In this document: piece after piece, positions 1 to 10,249 of the stretch
How positions within the stretch are numbered: position 1 is the first letter of the stretch
Layout: each line of letters begins with the position of its first letter
NCBI GenBank assembly: GCA_964390545.1
Contig: CAYMJV010000002.1
Span: forward strand, 15,555-79,554
Source of the DNA: an uncultured Syntrophaceae bacterium
GTDB taxonomy: Bacteria > Desulfobacterota > BSN033 > UBA1163
Direction of reading: 5' to 3'
Length of the DNA: 64,000 bases
Notes under the pieces: model-generated
The model's database searches: none
The model's input: the letters and a program-made list of their open reading frames with translations, nothing else
What the model was told of the DNA's origin: nothing
Translations under genes and position numbers: made by a program

Positions 1-50
1 CATCGTCTCCGGAGATTAATCGGCCTCTTCAGCCCCTGAGGTCAGCAAAC

Positions 51-84
51 AAAAGGCCTCCCGGCTGATGCCGGGAGGCCTTTT
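51..84 (-). terminator. Intrinsic terminator downstream of pilQ
   Basis: Perfect 14-bp inverted repeat AAAAGGCCTCCCGG / CCGGGAGGCCTTTT with a 6-nt loop, about 27 nt past the pilQ stop. On the minus strand the hairpin runs into UUUUGUUUG. Confidence 0.75.
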
Positions 85-111
85 GCCCTGTTTCACCTCC
101 AGGAGCCTAAA

Positions 112-2832
112 TTAGATTTGATCTTTGCTGATCTTGGGGGATATGAAAATTAAGAGGTCTTCCCTCTTGTCTTCCTTTACCTCTCTTTTGAATAACCATC
201 CCAAGAGTGGAATCTTGTTGATAAGCGGAACGCCTTCTCCTGCATCCGTTCTATTAATCTTGTAAATCCCTGCAATCGCAACAACCCCACCGTCTCTCAC
301 CAGCACTTCTGTAATCGCCTCTTTCTTATCAATGCTCGGTACTCCCAATACAGTCTGTGTAAAATCAGCAGCATCCTTCTTTGCCTTAATAACCAACTTG
401 ATATTTCCGTCGTTGGTTACGTGGGGGGTCACAGTCAATTTCAGGTTGGCATCAATAAAATCGGTCGTAACCGTTCCTTCCGTCGTCAACTTCGGATAGG
501 GAATTCGAAGCCCTTGTTCGATGGAAGCCTCCTTATTATCCAAGGTGGCAATCTTCGGGCTGGAAATAAGCTTGACATCCCCTTTGTTCTCATGGGCGGA
601 GATGGCGACATCTAACGATTGTAACCACCCCCTGCTAAAAATGGCTTCAAGGACTCCCGCAGTGGCAACGGCGCCTGGAACGCCTGATCGGGCAACGGCG
701 GGGAGATTCAAAACTTCCCTTGATGTAGTTCCAACGGCAGTCGCAGTCCCCAAAATTCCACCCCCATACCCATACTTGTTCTTTCGAGTTTCTCTATAAT
801 AATCAAATCCCCATTTGATCCCTAATTCCCTCTGGAAAGACAAAGTGGCTTCGATAATCCTTGCCTCAATCACAATTTGTGGGGTCTTAGTATCCAAGGC
901 TTTAACGAGATTCCTCACCTTAGCTATTTTACTGGCAATGTCTTTCACAATTAATGTATTTGTCCGGTCGTCTACTTTGATATCCCCCCGCTCACTCAAA
1001 ATGCCTTTGACTTGGGGCATAATATCCTTTGCTGTTGCATAGTTGATTGGGATCAAATCGTCTACTAAATCCTCAAGTTTCTCCTTGGCCCTTTTTTGCT
1101 CAAGGAGGTCCTGTTCTTGCCTCTTAAGAGCGTCACGGGGAGCCACCCAGATGACATTTCCGACTTGGATCTTGCCAAGGCCTTTGGCCTGTAAAACGAT
1201 ATCCAAGGCCTGATCCCAGGGCACATCGACTAATCGCATGGTAATCTTCCCAGTGACATCATCGGCTGTGATCACATTAAAATTGCTCACTTCCGCAATC
1301 AACCGAAGGATGTTCTTAATGTCCGCATCTTTAAAATCAAGGGAAAGTTTTCTTCCCGTATAAATCTTTTCTGGAAGCCCTCCCTCCTCCCTCTTGATCA
1401 CAATGGGTTGGAGAACGGCCTTTTCTTCAGCAGGAGGAGTCTTCTTTTCTACCACCTTTGGTTCCGTTATCTTAGGTTCCGCGACAGGCATTTCGGGTGC
1501 AGGCTTCTCTTCTTCTTTTTTCACCTCTGCTAGAACTTCTTCTTTTTTCGGTGGGACCACTGGTTCTATTTTCCCTTCAACTCTTTTGGGTTTCTCTATA
1601 TCGATGAAAAGAACTTTCCCTTCTTTCGTCGTCTCAAAGGGCACCTCTTCTCTCAATTTAATCAAAATCCTCACATCGTTAAGTTTCCCTGCCTTCACAT
1701 TCTGCATCTGAACATATTCCACTGCGCTCTCGAACTCTTTGGTATCAAGACCTCTTTGGAGGTACTTTGGGACGAAGGCATTTTTGATGTCGACAGCAAT
1801 CGTATTTTTTGAAAGCATATAAGATTCATATTTGGGTTCCCCTGTCAGGGTGATAACGATCCGAGACTTATGATCCATCTGTTTAAAGTCGGCAGGAGAT
1901 TTCACCTGAACTTTTCCAACCCCCTCTTTAGCCTTCGCATTTTCTGCGACCTTCTCAGGCAACAGGATCTGAGGCTCGGAAGGCTGGGGAACATTTCCAA
2001 TCGAGACGATGAGTTTATTCTCGATCGGGTTGATTTGATAGGGGGCGAGTTGAGGTTTAACAGAATCGAAAACGAGCCGCAATTTATCCGGATGTTGTCC
2101 AATACGGACGAGTCTAATAAATGGACTTTTGGGCTTGATCGATTTTTGTGGATAACGGGTCTCGACACCCCAAATATCGAGAACGAGCCGAGCAGGAGCA
2201 TCCAGCTTGAAAGCATTATAGTTCTCAATTTTTCCATCGCCGATGATTTCGAAGGCAATGAAATCCTTTTTCGATTCGGTTGAAAAATTGACAATCTCTT
2301 TGGCTTTACTCAATTCCTTTCCAGCGGGAGGTTTCTCTTCTTTCTCTTTCACAACCTCCTCTCCTCTTTTAGCCTCTTTGACCTCTGCAGCTTTTTTTAC
2401 CTTTTCGATATCGATGATCAGATTCTTATCTTCCTTGGAGATATTGTAGTTGGCCACTTGAGTCAGCCCGATCTCAATTCTCCCCTTGTCATCATATTGG
2501 GTCGTTAAAATTTCGCCAATGGTACCATTCTCCACCTTAATGGGCCCTTTGATCTGTTTTAAGTCGATGTTGGGAACATCGATGGCGATTCTTAAAGGGT
2601 CCGTCAGCAGTTTGTAAAAGGGTGGCGCCATGGTTTCAGATCCCTCAATGTGGATTCGGGTATAATTCTCCTCTTCGGCGAAGGTGATCTTCTGGATCAC
2701 CGATGCTTTCGCCATCTTCGCCTGAGTCTCAGGGGGCGGGGTCTGCACCGTGGTTTTCTTCGTTGCGCAACTCACTGCAAAAAGAAGCAACCCACCCCAT
2801 ACAAACATTCTAAATAATCGAGAAGATTTCAT
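112..2832 (-). CDS. pilQ: Type IV pilus secretin PilQ with three N-terminal AMIN-like repeats
   Basis: 906 aa. Lipoprotein-type signal (LLFAVSC). Three roughly 100-aa AMIN-like repeats (each ending ...IDI/DIEK). C-terminal secretin motifs (GVPLINKIPLLGWLFK...LLIFISPKI). Last gene of a pilMNOPQ run, with a 4-nt overlap to pilP. Confidence 0.92.
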   Translation of the reverse strand: MKSSRLFRMFVWGGLLLFAVSCATKKTTVQTPPPETQAKMAKASVIQKITFAEEENYTRIHIEGSETMAPPFYKLLTDPLRIAIDVPNIDLKQIKGPIKVENGTIGEILTTQYDDKGRIEIGLTQVANYNISKEDKNLIIDIEKVKKAAEVKEAKRGEEVVKEKEEKPPAGKELSKAKEIVNFSTESKKDFIAFEIIGDGKIENYNAFKLDAPARLVLDIWGVETRYPQKSIKPKSPFIRLVRIGQHPDKLRLVFDSVKPQLAPYQINPIENKLIVSIGNVPQPSEPQILLPEKVAENAKAKEGVGKVQVKSPADFKQMDHKSRIVITLTGEPKYESYMLSKNTIAVDIKNAFVPKYLQRGLDTKEFESAVEYVQMQNVKAGKLNDVRILIKLREEVPFETTKEGKVLFIDIEKPKRVEGKIEPVVPPKKEEVLAEVKKEEEKPAPEMPVAEPKITEPKVVEKKTPPAEEKAVLQPIVIKREEGGLPEKIYTGRKLSLDFKDADIKNILRLIAEVSNFNVITADDVTGKITMRLVDVPWDQALDIVLQAKGLGKIQVGNVIWVAPRDALKRQEQDLLEQKRAKEKLEDLVDDLIPINYATAKDIMPQVKGILSERGDIKVDDRTNTLIVKDIASKIAKVRNLVKALDTKTPQIVIEARIIEATLSFQRELGIKWGFDYYRETRKNKYGYGGGILGTATAVGTTSREVLNLPAVARSGVPGAVATAGVLEAIFSRGWLQSLDVAISAHENKGDVKLISSPKIATLDNKEASIEQGLRIPYPKLTTEGTVTTDFIDANLKLTVTPHVTNDGNIKLVIKAKKDAADFTQTVLGVPSIDKKEAITEVLVRDGGVVAIAGIYKINRTDAGEGVPLINKIPLLGWLFKREVKEDKREDLLIFISPKISKDQI

Positions 2833-3449
2833 GATTCTCCTCCCTCTTCAGCTGGTTGATGAAGAAATAACGAAATCTCATTCACTTTGGCTTGGCCAAG
2901 GACGTCCGAATAGGCCTCTTCCACGATCACTCTGTCTTTGTGGATTGCCTTCACTTTTCCATCATGTCTTCCAATCGCTGTTCCTCTCTTTAAGAAATAG
3001 CCTCTCCCTTGTTGGTCTTCAACGAGGGCCACACTCCCCTCCGGGAGGGTGATAATGGCTACTAATCTCAGCTGACTGACGTCATATTTCTGCAGAGGCG
3101 TCAGAAAGGCGCTTTTGGGCATTTTTTCAGGCGTGAGCTGAATGAAGGGTCTAAAGGGATCCGCCTTTCCTACAGGACTATAAGAAAATACGGGCTCCTC
3201 TTTCTTGGCCACCTCCTTTTTCTCAACCTTCTCGGCCACTTGAACCGGCTCGGCCTTCTTTGTCTCAGCAACAGGTGTCTTTGCCTTCGGAGCAGCAGGG
3301 GGTGGAGCCGTCCCTCCCCCACAGCTAGACACAAGAAAGAGAAACACCACGGAGGCGGCTAAGAGAATGATCTTACTTCTTCGGAGCTTTCGGAATGTCT
3401 TCACCTTCTTCCCCAAAACCCGTTCTCTTTCCAATTTTTTTCTCCTCAC
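2829..3449 (-). CDS. pilP: Pilus assembly lipoprotein PilP
   Basis: Lipobox LVSSC and a Pro/Lys-rich linker. C-terminal PilP-like beta domain (LRLVAIITLPEGSVALVEDQQGRGYFLKRGTAIG). Sits between pilO and pilQ. The start is uncertain: the track start is GTG at 3449, and an internal GTG near 3404 follows GGGGAAG. Confidence 0.8.
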   Translation of the reverse strand: MRRKKLERERVLGKKVKTFRKLRRSKIILLAASVVFLFLVSSCGGGTAPPPAAPKAKTPVAETKKAEPVQVAEKVEKKEVAKKEEPVFSYSPVGKADPFRPFIQLTPEKMPKSAFLTPLQKYDVSQLRLVAIITLPEGSVALVEDQQGRGYFLKRGTAIGRHDGKVKAIHKDRVIVEEAYSDVLGQAKVNEISLFLHQPAEEGGES

Positions 3450-4065
3450 CTTTCTTTTCCTCGCTCTTTGTTTCTTCGGCTCTCTTCTCGAGAAACCGAT
3501 AGGTATTGACCAGGCACGAGGTCCTCACCAAAAGCTCTGCTTCTCCCTTGCCCTTGTCTTTATCCTTTGCTTGGATCATATTGAAATTGACCACATTGAT
3601 AATCCTTGGAAGTTTGCTCACCTTATCAAAGAAAATCCCCGTATTATGGTAGCTACCCAAAAACACCAATTCGATAGGGACTCTGGCATAAAATTGTTGA
3701 GCCTCTTCAGGCTTGGGCCTGAAGAGAGTGAAATCGAGTTTTGATTCTTTACCAAGAGCAGATATGTTTCTCAGAATCTCAGGAATTTCTTTCTCGTTGG
3801 GGAGTTGGGTGAGAGCATTCATCAGCTCAACATTCAATTGTTCCACTTGTTTCTTATATTTTTCAAATTCCTTCTCAATCGCCTTGCTCTCATTCAACTC
3901 CCTCACCAAGTTATTCAATTCACCCTTTAACGTTTTGAGTTCGTTCTGTTGGGGCATGAAAAAGGCATAAGCATAGAGGCCGATCACCACACAAATGAGC
4001 ACGACGAGGATCACCACCTTCTTGGATGTCGGAAGTTTATAGATCGCGTCCATCTTAATGGCCAT
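3373..4065 (-). CDS. pilO: Pilus assembly protein PilO
   Basis: Single N-terminal TM helix followed by a coiled coil (NELKTLKGELNNLVRELNES), then a PilO-like ferredoxin-type core. Sits between pilN and pilP. Has a K/E-rich C-terminal tail. Confidence 0.75.
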   Translation of the reverse strand: MAIKMDAIYKLPTSKKVVILVVLICVVIGLYAYAFFMPQQNELKTLKGELNNLVRELNESKAIEKEFEKYKKQVEQLNVELMNALTQLPNEKEIPEILRNISALGKESKLDFTLFRPKPEEAQQFYARVPIELVFLGSYHNTGIFFDKVSKLPRIINVVNFNMIQAKDKDKGKGEAELLVRTSCLVNTYRFLEKRAEETKSEEKKGEEKKIGKRTGFGEEGEDIPKAPKK

Positions 4066-4082
4066 GGGAGTTCTCCTTTAAA

Positions 4083-4625
4083 TCACATGAAAATAATTTC
4101 GCATGAGAGGATGAACTTCTTCAACGGAATTTTACTTACTTCGATTTGCTCGCTGACGATTAAGTCGACATTCTTAAAAAGCTTTGATTTTCTGAGGTTC
4201 GTCATAAAATTCGCCACGGTTTCATCATCCAGGGCGACCCCCTCAATCCCCAGCTTCGATCCATCTTTCTTTACCGATTCGAAGTAGACTTTCTCTGGTT
4301 TATCAATACTTAATTCATCCAATACCTTTGCCGGACTCGCCTTCTCTTTCCTTAATAGATTGATGACATTCAATTTTTCTTGTAGAATCCTCTGCTGTTC
4401 TTTGGCTTTATTAAACTCCGTTGTCAAGGACTTATAACGTTCAATTTCTTTTCTCGTATTTGAGATCTGTGCGAGCGTCTTTTCTTTCTCGCCACCGATG
4501 AACCACTGAACACCAAAGAGCAACGCCAATACAACCGCCATGGAAAGAATGAACACGATCATTTCTTTCCTCACTCCAATTTTCTTCGTTCCTTTCCTTG
4601 CCTTGAGTAAGTTGATCTTTATCAT
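4083..4625 (-). CDS. pilN: Pilus assembly protein PilN
   Basis: N-terminal MIKINLL motif, one TM helix, coiled coil. 4-nt overlap with pilM. Confidence 0.8.
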   Translation of the reverse strand: MIKINLLKARKGTKKIGVRKEMIVFILSMAVVLALLFGVQWFIGGEKEKTLAQISNTRKEIERYKSLTTEFNKAKEQQRILQEKLNVINLLRKEKASPAKVLDELSIDKPEKVYFESVKKDGSKLGIEGVALDDETVANFMTNLRKSKLFKNVDLIVSEQIEVSKIPLKKFILSCEIIFM

Positions 4626-5680
4626 TTGTCCCCCACCCTTCTTGAGGCCAATCCTACGGCTACGGCCATGATGGGCCCGATGTCCCTCAGATAATCCAAG
4701 TCAAAATTCTTGCCGCTGTATTCAACTCTTTTGAAAGGATTTGCGACTTCAACCGGAAGCCCAATCTGTTGTTGCAAGACGATGTCAAAATCTTTAATTT
4801 TCGATCCCCCTCCGCTCAGGTATAACTTGCTCACCTTCTCATAGGTGCTTGTGGATTGAAAAAAATCGAGTGAATTCCCGATCTCGATGGCCAATGCCTC
4901 TGAGGCTGTTTTGAGCACATTTTGGATGGCGGGTTGAGAGGCGCCTTCCCCCTTGTTCCCCACTTTGATCCTTTCCGCCTCTTCATAATCGATATGGAGT
5001 TGACGTTGAATCTCTTCAGTAATTTGATTGCCCCCTTTGAAAATGTCTCTTGTGAAACTGGAGGTGTTGTTCCTGAGGATGTTAATATTCGTAATGCTGG
5101 CACCTACATTGGCGACCGCTACGGTCTCATCCTTGTCAATATCGTAATTGATTTCGAGCATATTCTCCAAGGCAAAGGAATCCGTGTCAATAATAACGGG
5201 ATTCAGTCCTGCTTCGACAATGACCGACTGATAATCATTGATAATATCCTTTTTAGCTGCCACTAAGACCACATCCATAAGATCGGCGTTTTCTGAGCTC
5301 GAACCCAGCATATGAAAATCAATATTCACATCATTAATATCGAAGGGGATATACCGCTCGGCTTCCCATTGAATCGATTCTTCCAATTCGGATTCCGTCA
5401 TGAAGGGTAATGAAATCTTCTTGACAATCACGGAATGACCTGAAACAGATGTCACAACATCCTTTCTCTTTGTTTTTGTCGTTGAAACGAGATCCTTGAT
5501 GGCATCAATGATGGTGACGGAGTCCATCAAGGCTCCGTCCACAATGGCCTCCGGAGGCAGAGGAGATAGGCCCAAATTCTGCAATTTGAACCCGCCTTTC
5601 ACCCGATTCAGTTCGACCAGTTTGATCGAACTTGACCCAATATCAAGCCCAACGAAATCCTTCTTTTTTCCTAAGAACAT
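4622..5680 (-). CDS. pilM: Actin-like pilus assembly ATPase PilM
   Basis: 352 aa. N-terminal FVGLDIGSSSIKLVEL phosphate-1 motif and LYLSGGGSKI near the C-terminus. First gene of pilMNOPQ. Confidence 0.9.
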   Translation of the reverse strand: MFLGKKKDFVGLDIGSSSIKLVELNRVKGGFKLQNLGLSPLPPEAIVDGALMDSVTIIDAIKDLVSTTKTKRKDVVTSVSGHSVIVKKISLPFMTESELEESIQWEAERYIPFDINDVNIDFHMLGSSSENADLMDVVLVAAKKDIINDYQSVIVEAGLNPVIIDTDSFALENMLEINYDIDKDETVAVANVGASITNINILRNNTSSFTRDIFKGGNQITEEIQRQLHIDYEEAERIKVGNKGEGASQPAIQNVLKTASEALAIEIGNSLDFFQSTSTYEKVSKLYLSGGGSKIKDFDIVLQQQIGLPVEVANPFKRVEYSGKNFDLDYLRDIGPIMAVAVGLASRRVGDK

Positions 5681-5837
5681 TTTAACACCCCTTTTAATGT
5701 GGTAAATTCGTAATCAATTATTCCCATATTTTCCCAAAAGTCAAGAAAAAAATTTTATTAACCCCTAGAATTCTAATGAGTATCCACAGAAACCTGATAA
5801 TTCATTTTAGACTTTTCTAATAACTTACTAAATTTTT

Positions 5838-7214
5838 TCATAAATTATCTGACAAACTATATTTTCTTATCTTGGCCCTCAAAGTGGCCCTGGAAATACC
5901 TAAAACCTTTGAAGCTTTTGATTTATTCCATTCCAGGCTCTTAAGGACTTTGGAAAGATGTATCTTTTCCACATGGTCCAAGGACATTCCGTCAGTAATT
6001 TCAGACACTTCAGGCGCAGACATTGCCCGATCAAATCCTCCGGTCTGCTTTAATTCAAAGGGAAGCTGCTTATGGGTGATCAAATCTTGATCAGTAAGAA
6101 TCATAGCTCTCTCGATCACATTCTTTAACTCTCGCACATTTCCTGGCCAGTGATATTGGATCAATAACTTCTTAGCTTCATCGCTGAAACCTCGAATTTT
6201 TTTGTTATGTTCCCTATTGTTTTCCTCGATAAACAAATTTGAGAGGAGTAAAATATCCTCAACCCTGTCTCGCAGGGGTGGCATTTCAATGACCATAACC
6301 TTTAATCGATAATATAAATCTTTTCGGAATAACCCCTCCCTGACCAGGGCCTCTAAGTTCTTATTGGTAGCAGCAATAATACGAATATCAACCTTGATTT
6401 CCCTCTCCCCTCCCACTCTCATAAAGGTCTGATTTTCAAGGACCCTCAGAATCTTCGATTGCAAAAAAGGTTTCATATCACCGATTTCGTCTAAGAAGAC
6501 CGTTCCCCCATCGGCTAACTCAAAAAGCCCTTTCTTTGTATTCTTAGCGTCTGTGAAAGCTCCCTTCTCATATCCAAAAAGTTCTGATTCCAATAACGAA
6601 TCGGGAATGGCGCTACAATTAATCTTCATCAAGGGTTTATTGCCCCTTTTGCTATTATAATGAATGGCATTCGCGGCTAATTCCTTCCCTGTTCCGCTTT
6701 CTCCCTGAATCAATACGGAGGTTTTGTGAGTTTTACTGATCATTCCAATCAATTCTTTTACATAGTGAATCTGGGGGCTGACCCCATGGATATGGCTGTT
6801 TTGATCCTCCTTTTGTTGCCGATGCAACCTCCGGACCTCATTGATTAAACTTTTTGTCTCTAACCCTTTCTCGATCAACAGCTTCAACTCTTCCAATTCA
6901 AAAGGCTTATTGATATAGTGATAAGCGCCTGATTTCATGGCTGACACTGCGGTTTGAACATCGGAATACGCCGTCATCATAATGACTAAGATTTCCGTGT
7001 CTAATTCCTTGACCTTTTTCAAAACTTCAATGCCATCCACATCGGGCAGCCTCATATCCAGCAAAACGAGATCAATGATATTCTTTTTGATAATCGACAG
7101 GGCTCCATTCCCTGCCCCCACTGAAAAGATCTCATACCCCTTCTTCTTCAATACATCGGAAAGGGTCTGTTGCATCACTTCATCATCATCAACAATCAGA
7201 ATCGATGGCTTCAT
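5838..7214 (-). CDS. Sigma-54-dependent response regulator (NtrC/PilR family), copy 1
   Basis: REC domain (ILIVDDD...LLDMRLPDVDG). AAA+ Walker A GESGTGKE. GAFTGA-type loop (EKGAFTDA). C-terminal Fis-type HTH (KSKASKVLGISRATLRAKIRKY). 4-nt overlap with the upstream kinase. Confidence 0.88.
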   Translation of the reverse strand: MKPSILIVDDDEVMQQTLSDVLKKKGYEIFSVGAGNGALSIIKKNIIDLVLLDMRLPDVDGIEVLKKVKELDTEILVIMMTAYSDVQTAVSAMKSGAYHYINKPFELEELKLLIEKGLETKSLINEVRRLHRQQKEDQNSHIHGVSPQIHYVKELIGMISKTHKTSVLIQGESGTGKELAANAIHYNSKRGNKPLMKINCSAIPDSLLESELFGYEKGAFTDAKNTKKGLFELADGGTVFLDEIGDMKPFLQSKILRVLENQTFMRVGGEREIKVDIRIIAATNKNLEALVREGLFRKDLYYRLKVMVIEMPPLRDRVEDILLLSNLFIEENNREHNKKIRGFSDEAKKLLIQYHWPGNVRELKNVIERAMILTDQDLITHKQLPFELKQTGGFDRAMSAPEVSEITDGMSLDHVEKIHLSKVLKSLEWNKSKASKVLGISRATLRAKIRKYSLSDNL

Positions 7215-8386
7215 GTCGTCTCCGAAATCACGGGCAAATTGATTATGAAGGAAGTCCCTTTCTCTAATTTGCTTTCGACCTTGATCGTTCCCCCGTGTTT
7301 CTTAATGATTTGATAGGTGATCGACAGCCCCAATCCAATGCCCTTTGGTTTTGTGGTAAAGAAGGGGTCAAAAATCCTGTGGATGATATTGGGTGGGATC
7401 CCTTTCCCAGTATCGGATATAACAATCTTGATAAAATTCTGACTGGGCCCATCTTGAGAATAGGAAACCGTAGGGTTGACCTCAATCTTCAGCTCCCCCC
7501 CGTTCGGCATCGCCTGAATGGCATTTAAAAATAAGTTAAGGAACACCTGATACATTTGGTTCTTGTCGACCTTGATCTTTGGAAGTTGTGGATGATAGGC
7601 TTCGACAAATCGTACTCCCTGGTCTGCAATCTCCTTAAAAAGAAAAGGGATGATTTCATTGATAACGTCTTTCACAGAACAGTCAATCAAATTCAACTTT
7701 TGAGGCTTCGCAAAAGAAAAAAATGTTTTCAGAAGTTCATTGAGTCGATCGATCTCTTTCGTGATGCGGTTTAAGTACTCTCGCCGAGAATCGTCTTTCG
7801 ACATCTCCTCGCTGAGCGCCTGGGCAGTTGTCTTGATCCCGGCAAGGGGGTTGCGAAGTTCATGAGCGATACCCGACGAAAGTTTCCCCAAAGAAACCAG
7901 TCGATCCATTCTTAGAATTTCTTCCTGAATCTTAAAAACATTGGTCATATCCCGGAAAATCACGATCTTCCCTAGGGTCTCCCCTCGAATGCTCAGATGG
8001 TTATTAATGGTAAATCCAACGGGAAACTCCACTTTATCTTTCCGTCTCATCCAACCTTCTTTTCTCGTTTCGAGGTCATCGGGGTTATTCAGAAGGGAAT
8101 GAACAATGCTTTGTTTTTCCCTGAGGCCGAAGATCCCGAAAGATTTCCCAATCAGTTCATCCTTCGAATAGCCTAAGATTCTCTCTCCAGCTTTATTGAT
8201 ATAAGTCACGGTATCATGGATCCCTGCAATAATGATTCCGCTCCCAATGCTCTGAATAATGCTTTCCATAAAATTCTTAACATCCTCTAATTCCTGAGTC
8301 AGTCGATAAATCGACTCTTCTTTCTTGACCAGCTCATCAAGCATTTCCTTTTTTGAAATATTCTGATTCAAGATGTTTTGATCCAT
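7211..8386 (-). CDS. Cytoplasmic PAS-domain histidine kinase
   Basis: No TM helix. PAS-like region (ITYINKAGERILGYSKDELIGK). H-box GIAHELRNPLAGI. HATPase N/G boxes (NAIQAMPNGG, DTGKGI, GIGLGLSI). Confidence 0.85.
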   Translation of the reverse strand: MDQNILNQNISKKEMLDELVKKEESIYRLTQELEDVKNFMESIIQSIGSGIIIAGIHDTVTYINKAGERILGYSKDELIGKSFGIFGLREKQSIVHSLLNNPDDLETRKEGWMRRKDKVEFPVGFTINNHLSIRGETLGKIVIFRDMTNVFKIQEEILRMDRLVSLGKLSSGIAHELRNPLAGIKTTAQALSEEMSKDDSRREYLNRITKEIDRLNELLKTFFSFAKPQKLNLIDCSVKDVINEIIPFLFKEIADQGVRFVEAYHPQLPKIKVDKNQMYQVFLNLFLNAIQAMPNGGELKIEVNPTVSYSQDGPSQNFIKIVISDTGKGIPPNIIHRIFDPFFTTKPKGIGLGLSITYQIIKKHGGTIKVESKLEKGTSFIINLPVISETT

Positions 8387-8401
8387 GGGAAAATCAGCTC
8401 A

Positions 8402-9592
8402 TCAAAATTTTTTCAAATTCAAAATTGAAATCTCTGTGGGGCGTTCCTGATACGTCCAATGAGCGATTCCGGTGAAATATTCGCCATATTTTCCACCGGT
8501 CTCCATTTGAGTGGAAAGCCTTTCCAGTACCTGGTCAACCATCAACCCTTTATACTCTCCATCTTCATTCACTGCCAGAATTTTGATCTCTGCTTTGCGG
8601 CTCCCCTTAGGGATTGAAAAAACCTTTCTTAGATCAATGAGTCTGACTTCGAAATCTTTTACCCGAATCTTCTGTTGATCAACATACCTATCCTGATGAT
8701 CCACTGGAACTTTGAACAATTTGTATATCTTGTCACTTTCCACACCCAACAATCTTTCCTCGACTTTGAAAACCGTAATATTAATGGGTACCGAACGAAT
8801 CGCGACTGGCGGCTCTGCAGGCTGCGTTGAACCTCGATCCACCTTTAACAGGAAGAGGTCCATCTTCTGATAAAGTTCTCCCATTTTTTCCAAGAATAAA
8901 TTCATCTTCTTCGATAGTTCTCCGATCTGGTTCTCCATCTTGATGAAAATTCCGGACCTTTCGATCTCCTCCCTTAAACCCGGGGCAGGCCGTTCAAGTT
9001 TGGCCTCTTTCAATTCCTCCAAACAGGAATATCTCGCCTGGATTCCCATATAAGCGAGCTGTTTGTAGATGTTTAATTCACTATCCGCTTCTTTTCTCAT
9101 CAGGAGTTTTAGGGTCTCCTTGGAATCCATTAAGAACTTGACCAAGGGTGCCCGAATCTTGTCTTCATTTCTAACCATATAGTCTAGGACTTTATCCATG
9201 AGGTTCAGAACCGACCCGACTTCAGGTTTTTCTTTTAAGGTCTGCCGTAGGGCGAGGACTTCTTCTTTTGTCTTCGCCAGATTCTCTTTATTGATCTCCC
9301 ACTCCAAGGACAAGAGTTGGCCCTCCATCTTCTCAAGGGGTTTGAAAACCTGAGCAGCTGGAGGCGGAGAAGTGGGGGGCGGTGCCGAAGTACTCTCAAA
9401 ATCAAAATCCTTCTCCACTCGAAACGGTTGTTCTTTGACTGGAGGTTGCGGTGGCTTGGAGATAGTCTCGGCTGGCCCTCCTGTTTTCTCGACGAATAAA
9501 CGATCCACAGCGGAGTCGATCTCTTCCTCCAACCCTTTGATATCATTCTCTCCCAAGACTTTATCCATTTTCAGCGCCCTCTCGGTGTTCAC
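8402..9592 (-). CDS. Orphan CheW-like-domain protein with Pro-rich and coiled-coil N-terminal region
   Basis: The C-terminal ~140 aa fit the CheW fold pattern (ITVFKVEERLLGVESDKIYKLFKVP ... VRLIDLRKVFSIP ... KILAVNEDGEYKGLMVDQVLE). The N-terminal 250 aa are unrecognised. 4-nt overlap with mglA. Confidence 0.6.
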   Translation of the reverse strand: MNTERALKMDKVLGENDIKGLEEEIDSAVDRLFVEKTGGPAETISKPPQPPVKEQPFRVEKDFDFESTSAPPPTSPPPAAQVFKPLEKMEGQLLSLEWEINKENLAKTKEEVLALRQTLKEKPEVGSVLNLMDKVLDYMVRNEDKIRAPLVKFLMDSKETLKLLMRKEADSELNIYKQLAYMGIQARYSCLEELKEAKLERPAPGLREEIERSGIFIKMENQIGELSKKMNLFLEKMGELYQKMDLFLLKVDRGSTQPAEPPVAIRSVPINITVFKVEERLLGVESDKIYKLFKVPVDHQDRYVDQQKIRVKDFEVRLIDLRKVFSIPKGSRKAEIKILAVNEDGEYKGLMVDQVLERLSTQMETGGKYGEYFTGIAHWTYQERPTEISILNLKKF

Positions 9593-10215
9593 TTGGCTTG
9601 TTTATCAAGCAACATAATTTTTCGACTCACGTCCTTGACCACCAGCTTACTTATTTCTCTCAGCGTCTCAAAGACTCCCGTCCCTTTCACCGCACTCGCA
9701 GGAAAGGAAGGCACCTTCAACATCGAGTTGAGATCCTTTTCCAATACCTCGACCGGAAGGATCTCCGAATCTGTTCTATCGAGGTCTCGTTTGTTGTATT
9801 GAAGGACGAGAGGAACGGTGCGGATGCTGACCCCCTTCTCCGCTAAATTCTTTGCTAAGTTGATCAAGCTTTCTATATTCTTTTTCCTCTGAACCTTCAA
9901 CGAATCTCCGACGAAGACGACCCCATCCACTCCCTTCAAAACCAATTTCCGTGTGGCATCATAATGGACTTGCCCCGGAACCGTATAAAGCTGAACCCGG
10001 ATATCAAACCCCCTGATCTTTCCCAAATTCAATGACAAAAAATCAAAAAAGAGGGTCCGATCTCCCTTGGTATCGATGGAGACCATCTTGCCTTTAGTAT
10101 CTTCCTTGGTGGTACCAAAAATATACTGGAGATTCGTCGTTTTTCCGCAAAAGCCGCAACCATAATAAACGATCTTACATTGAATCTCGTCTTTGCTGAA
10201 ATTGATAAAAGGCAT
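9589..10215 (-). CDS. mglA: Ras-like polarity GTPase MglA
   Basis: Near-colinear with my recollection of Myxococcus MglA: MPFINFSKDEIQCKIVYYGCGFCGKTTNLQYIF, TLFFDFL, LYTVPGQVHYDATRKLVLKGVDGVVFV, QYNKRDL. Confidence 0.9.
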   Translation of the reverse strand: MPFINFSKDEIQCKIVYYGCGFCGKTTNLQYIFGTTKEDTKGKMVSIDTKGDRTLFFDFLSLNLGKIRGFDIRVQLYTVPGQVHYDATRKLVLKGVDGVVFVGDSLKVQRKKNIESLINLAKNLAEKGVSIRTVPLVLQYNKRDLDRTDSEILPVEVLEKDLNSMLKVPSFPASAVKGTGVFETLREISKLVVKDVSRKIMLLDKQAK

Positions 10216-10249
10216 TAACTTTCTTCCACCTGCCTATTGAAGGTTGACG

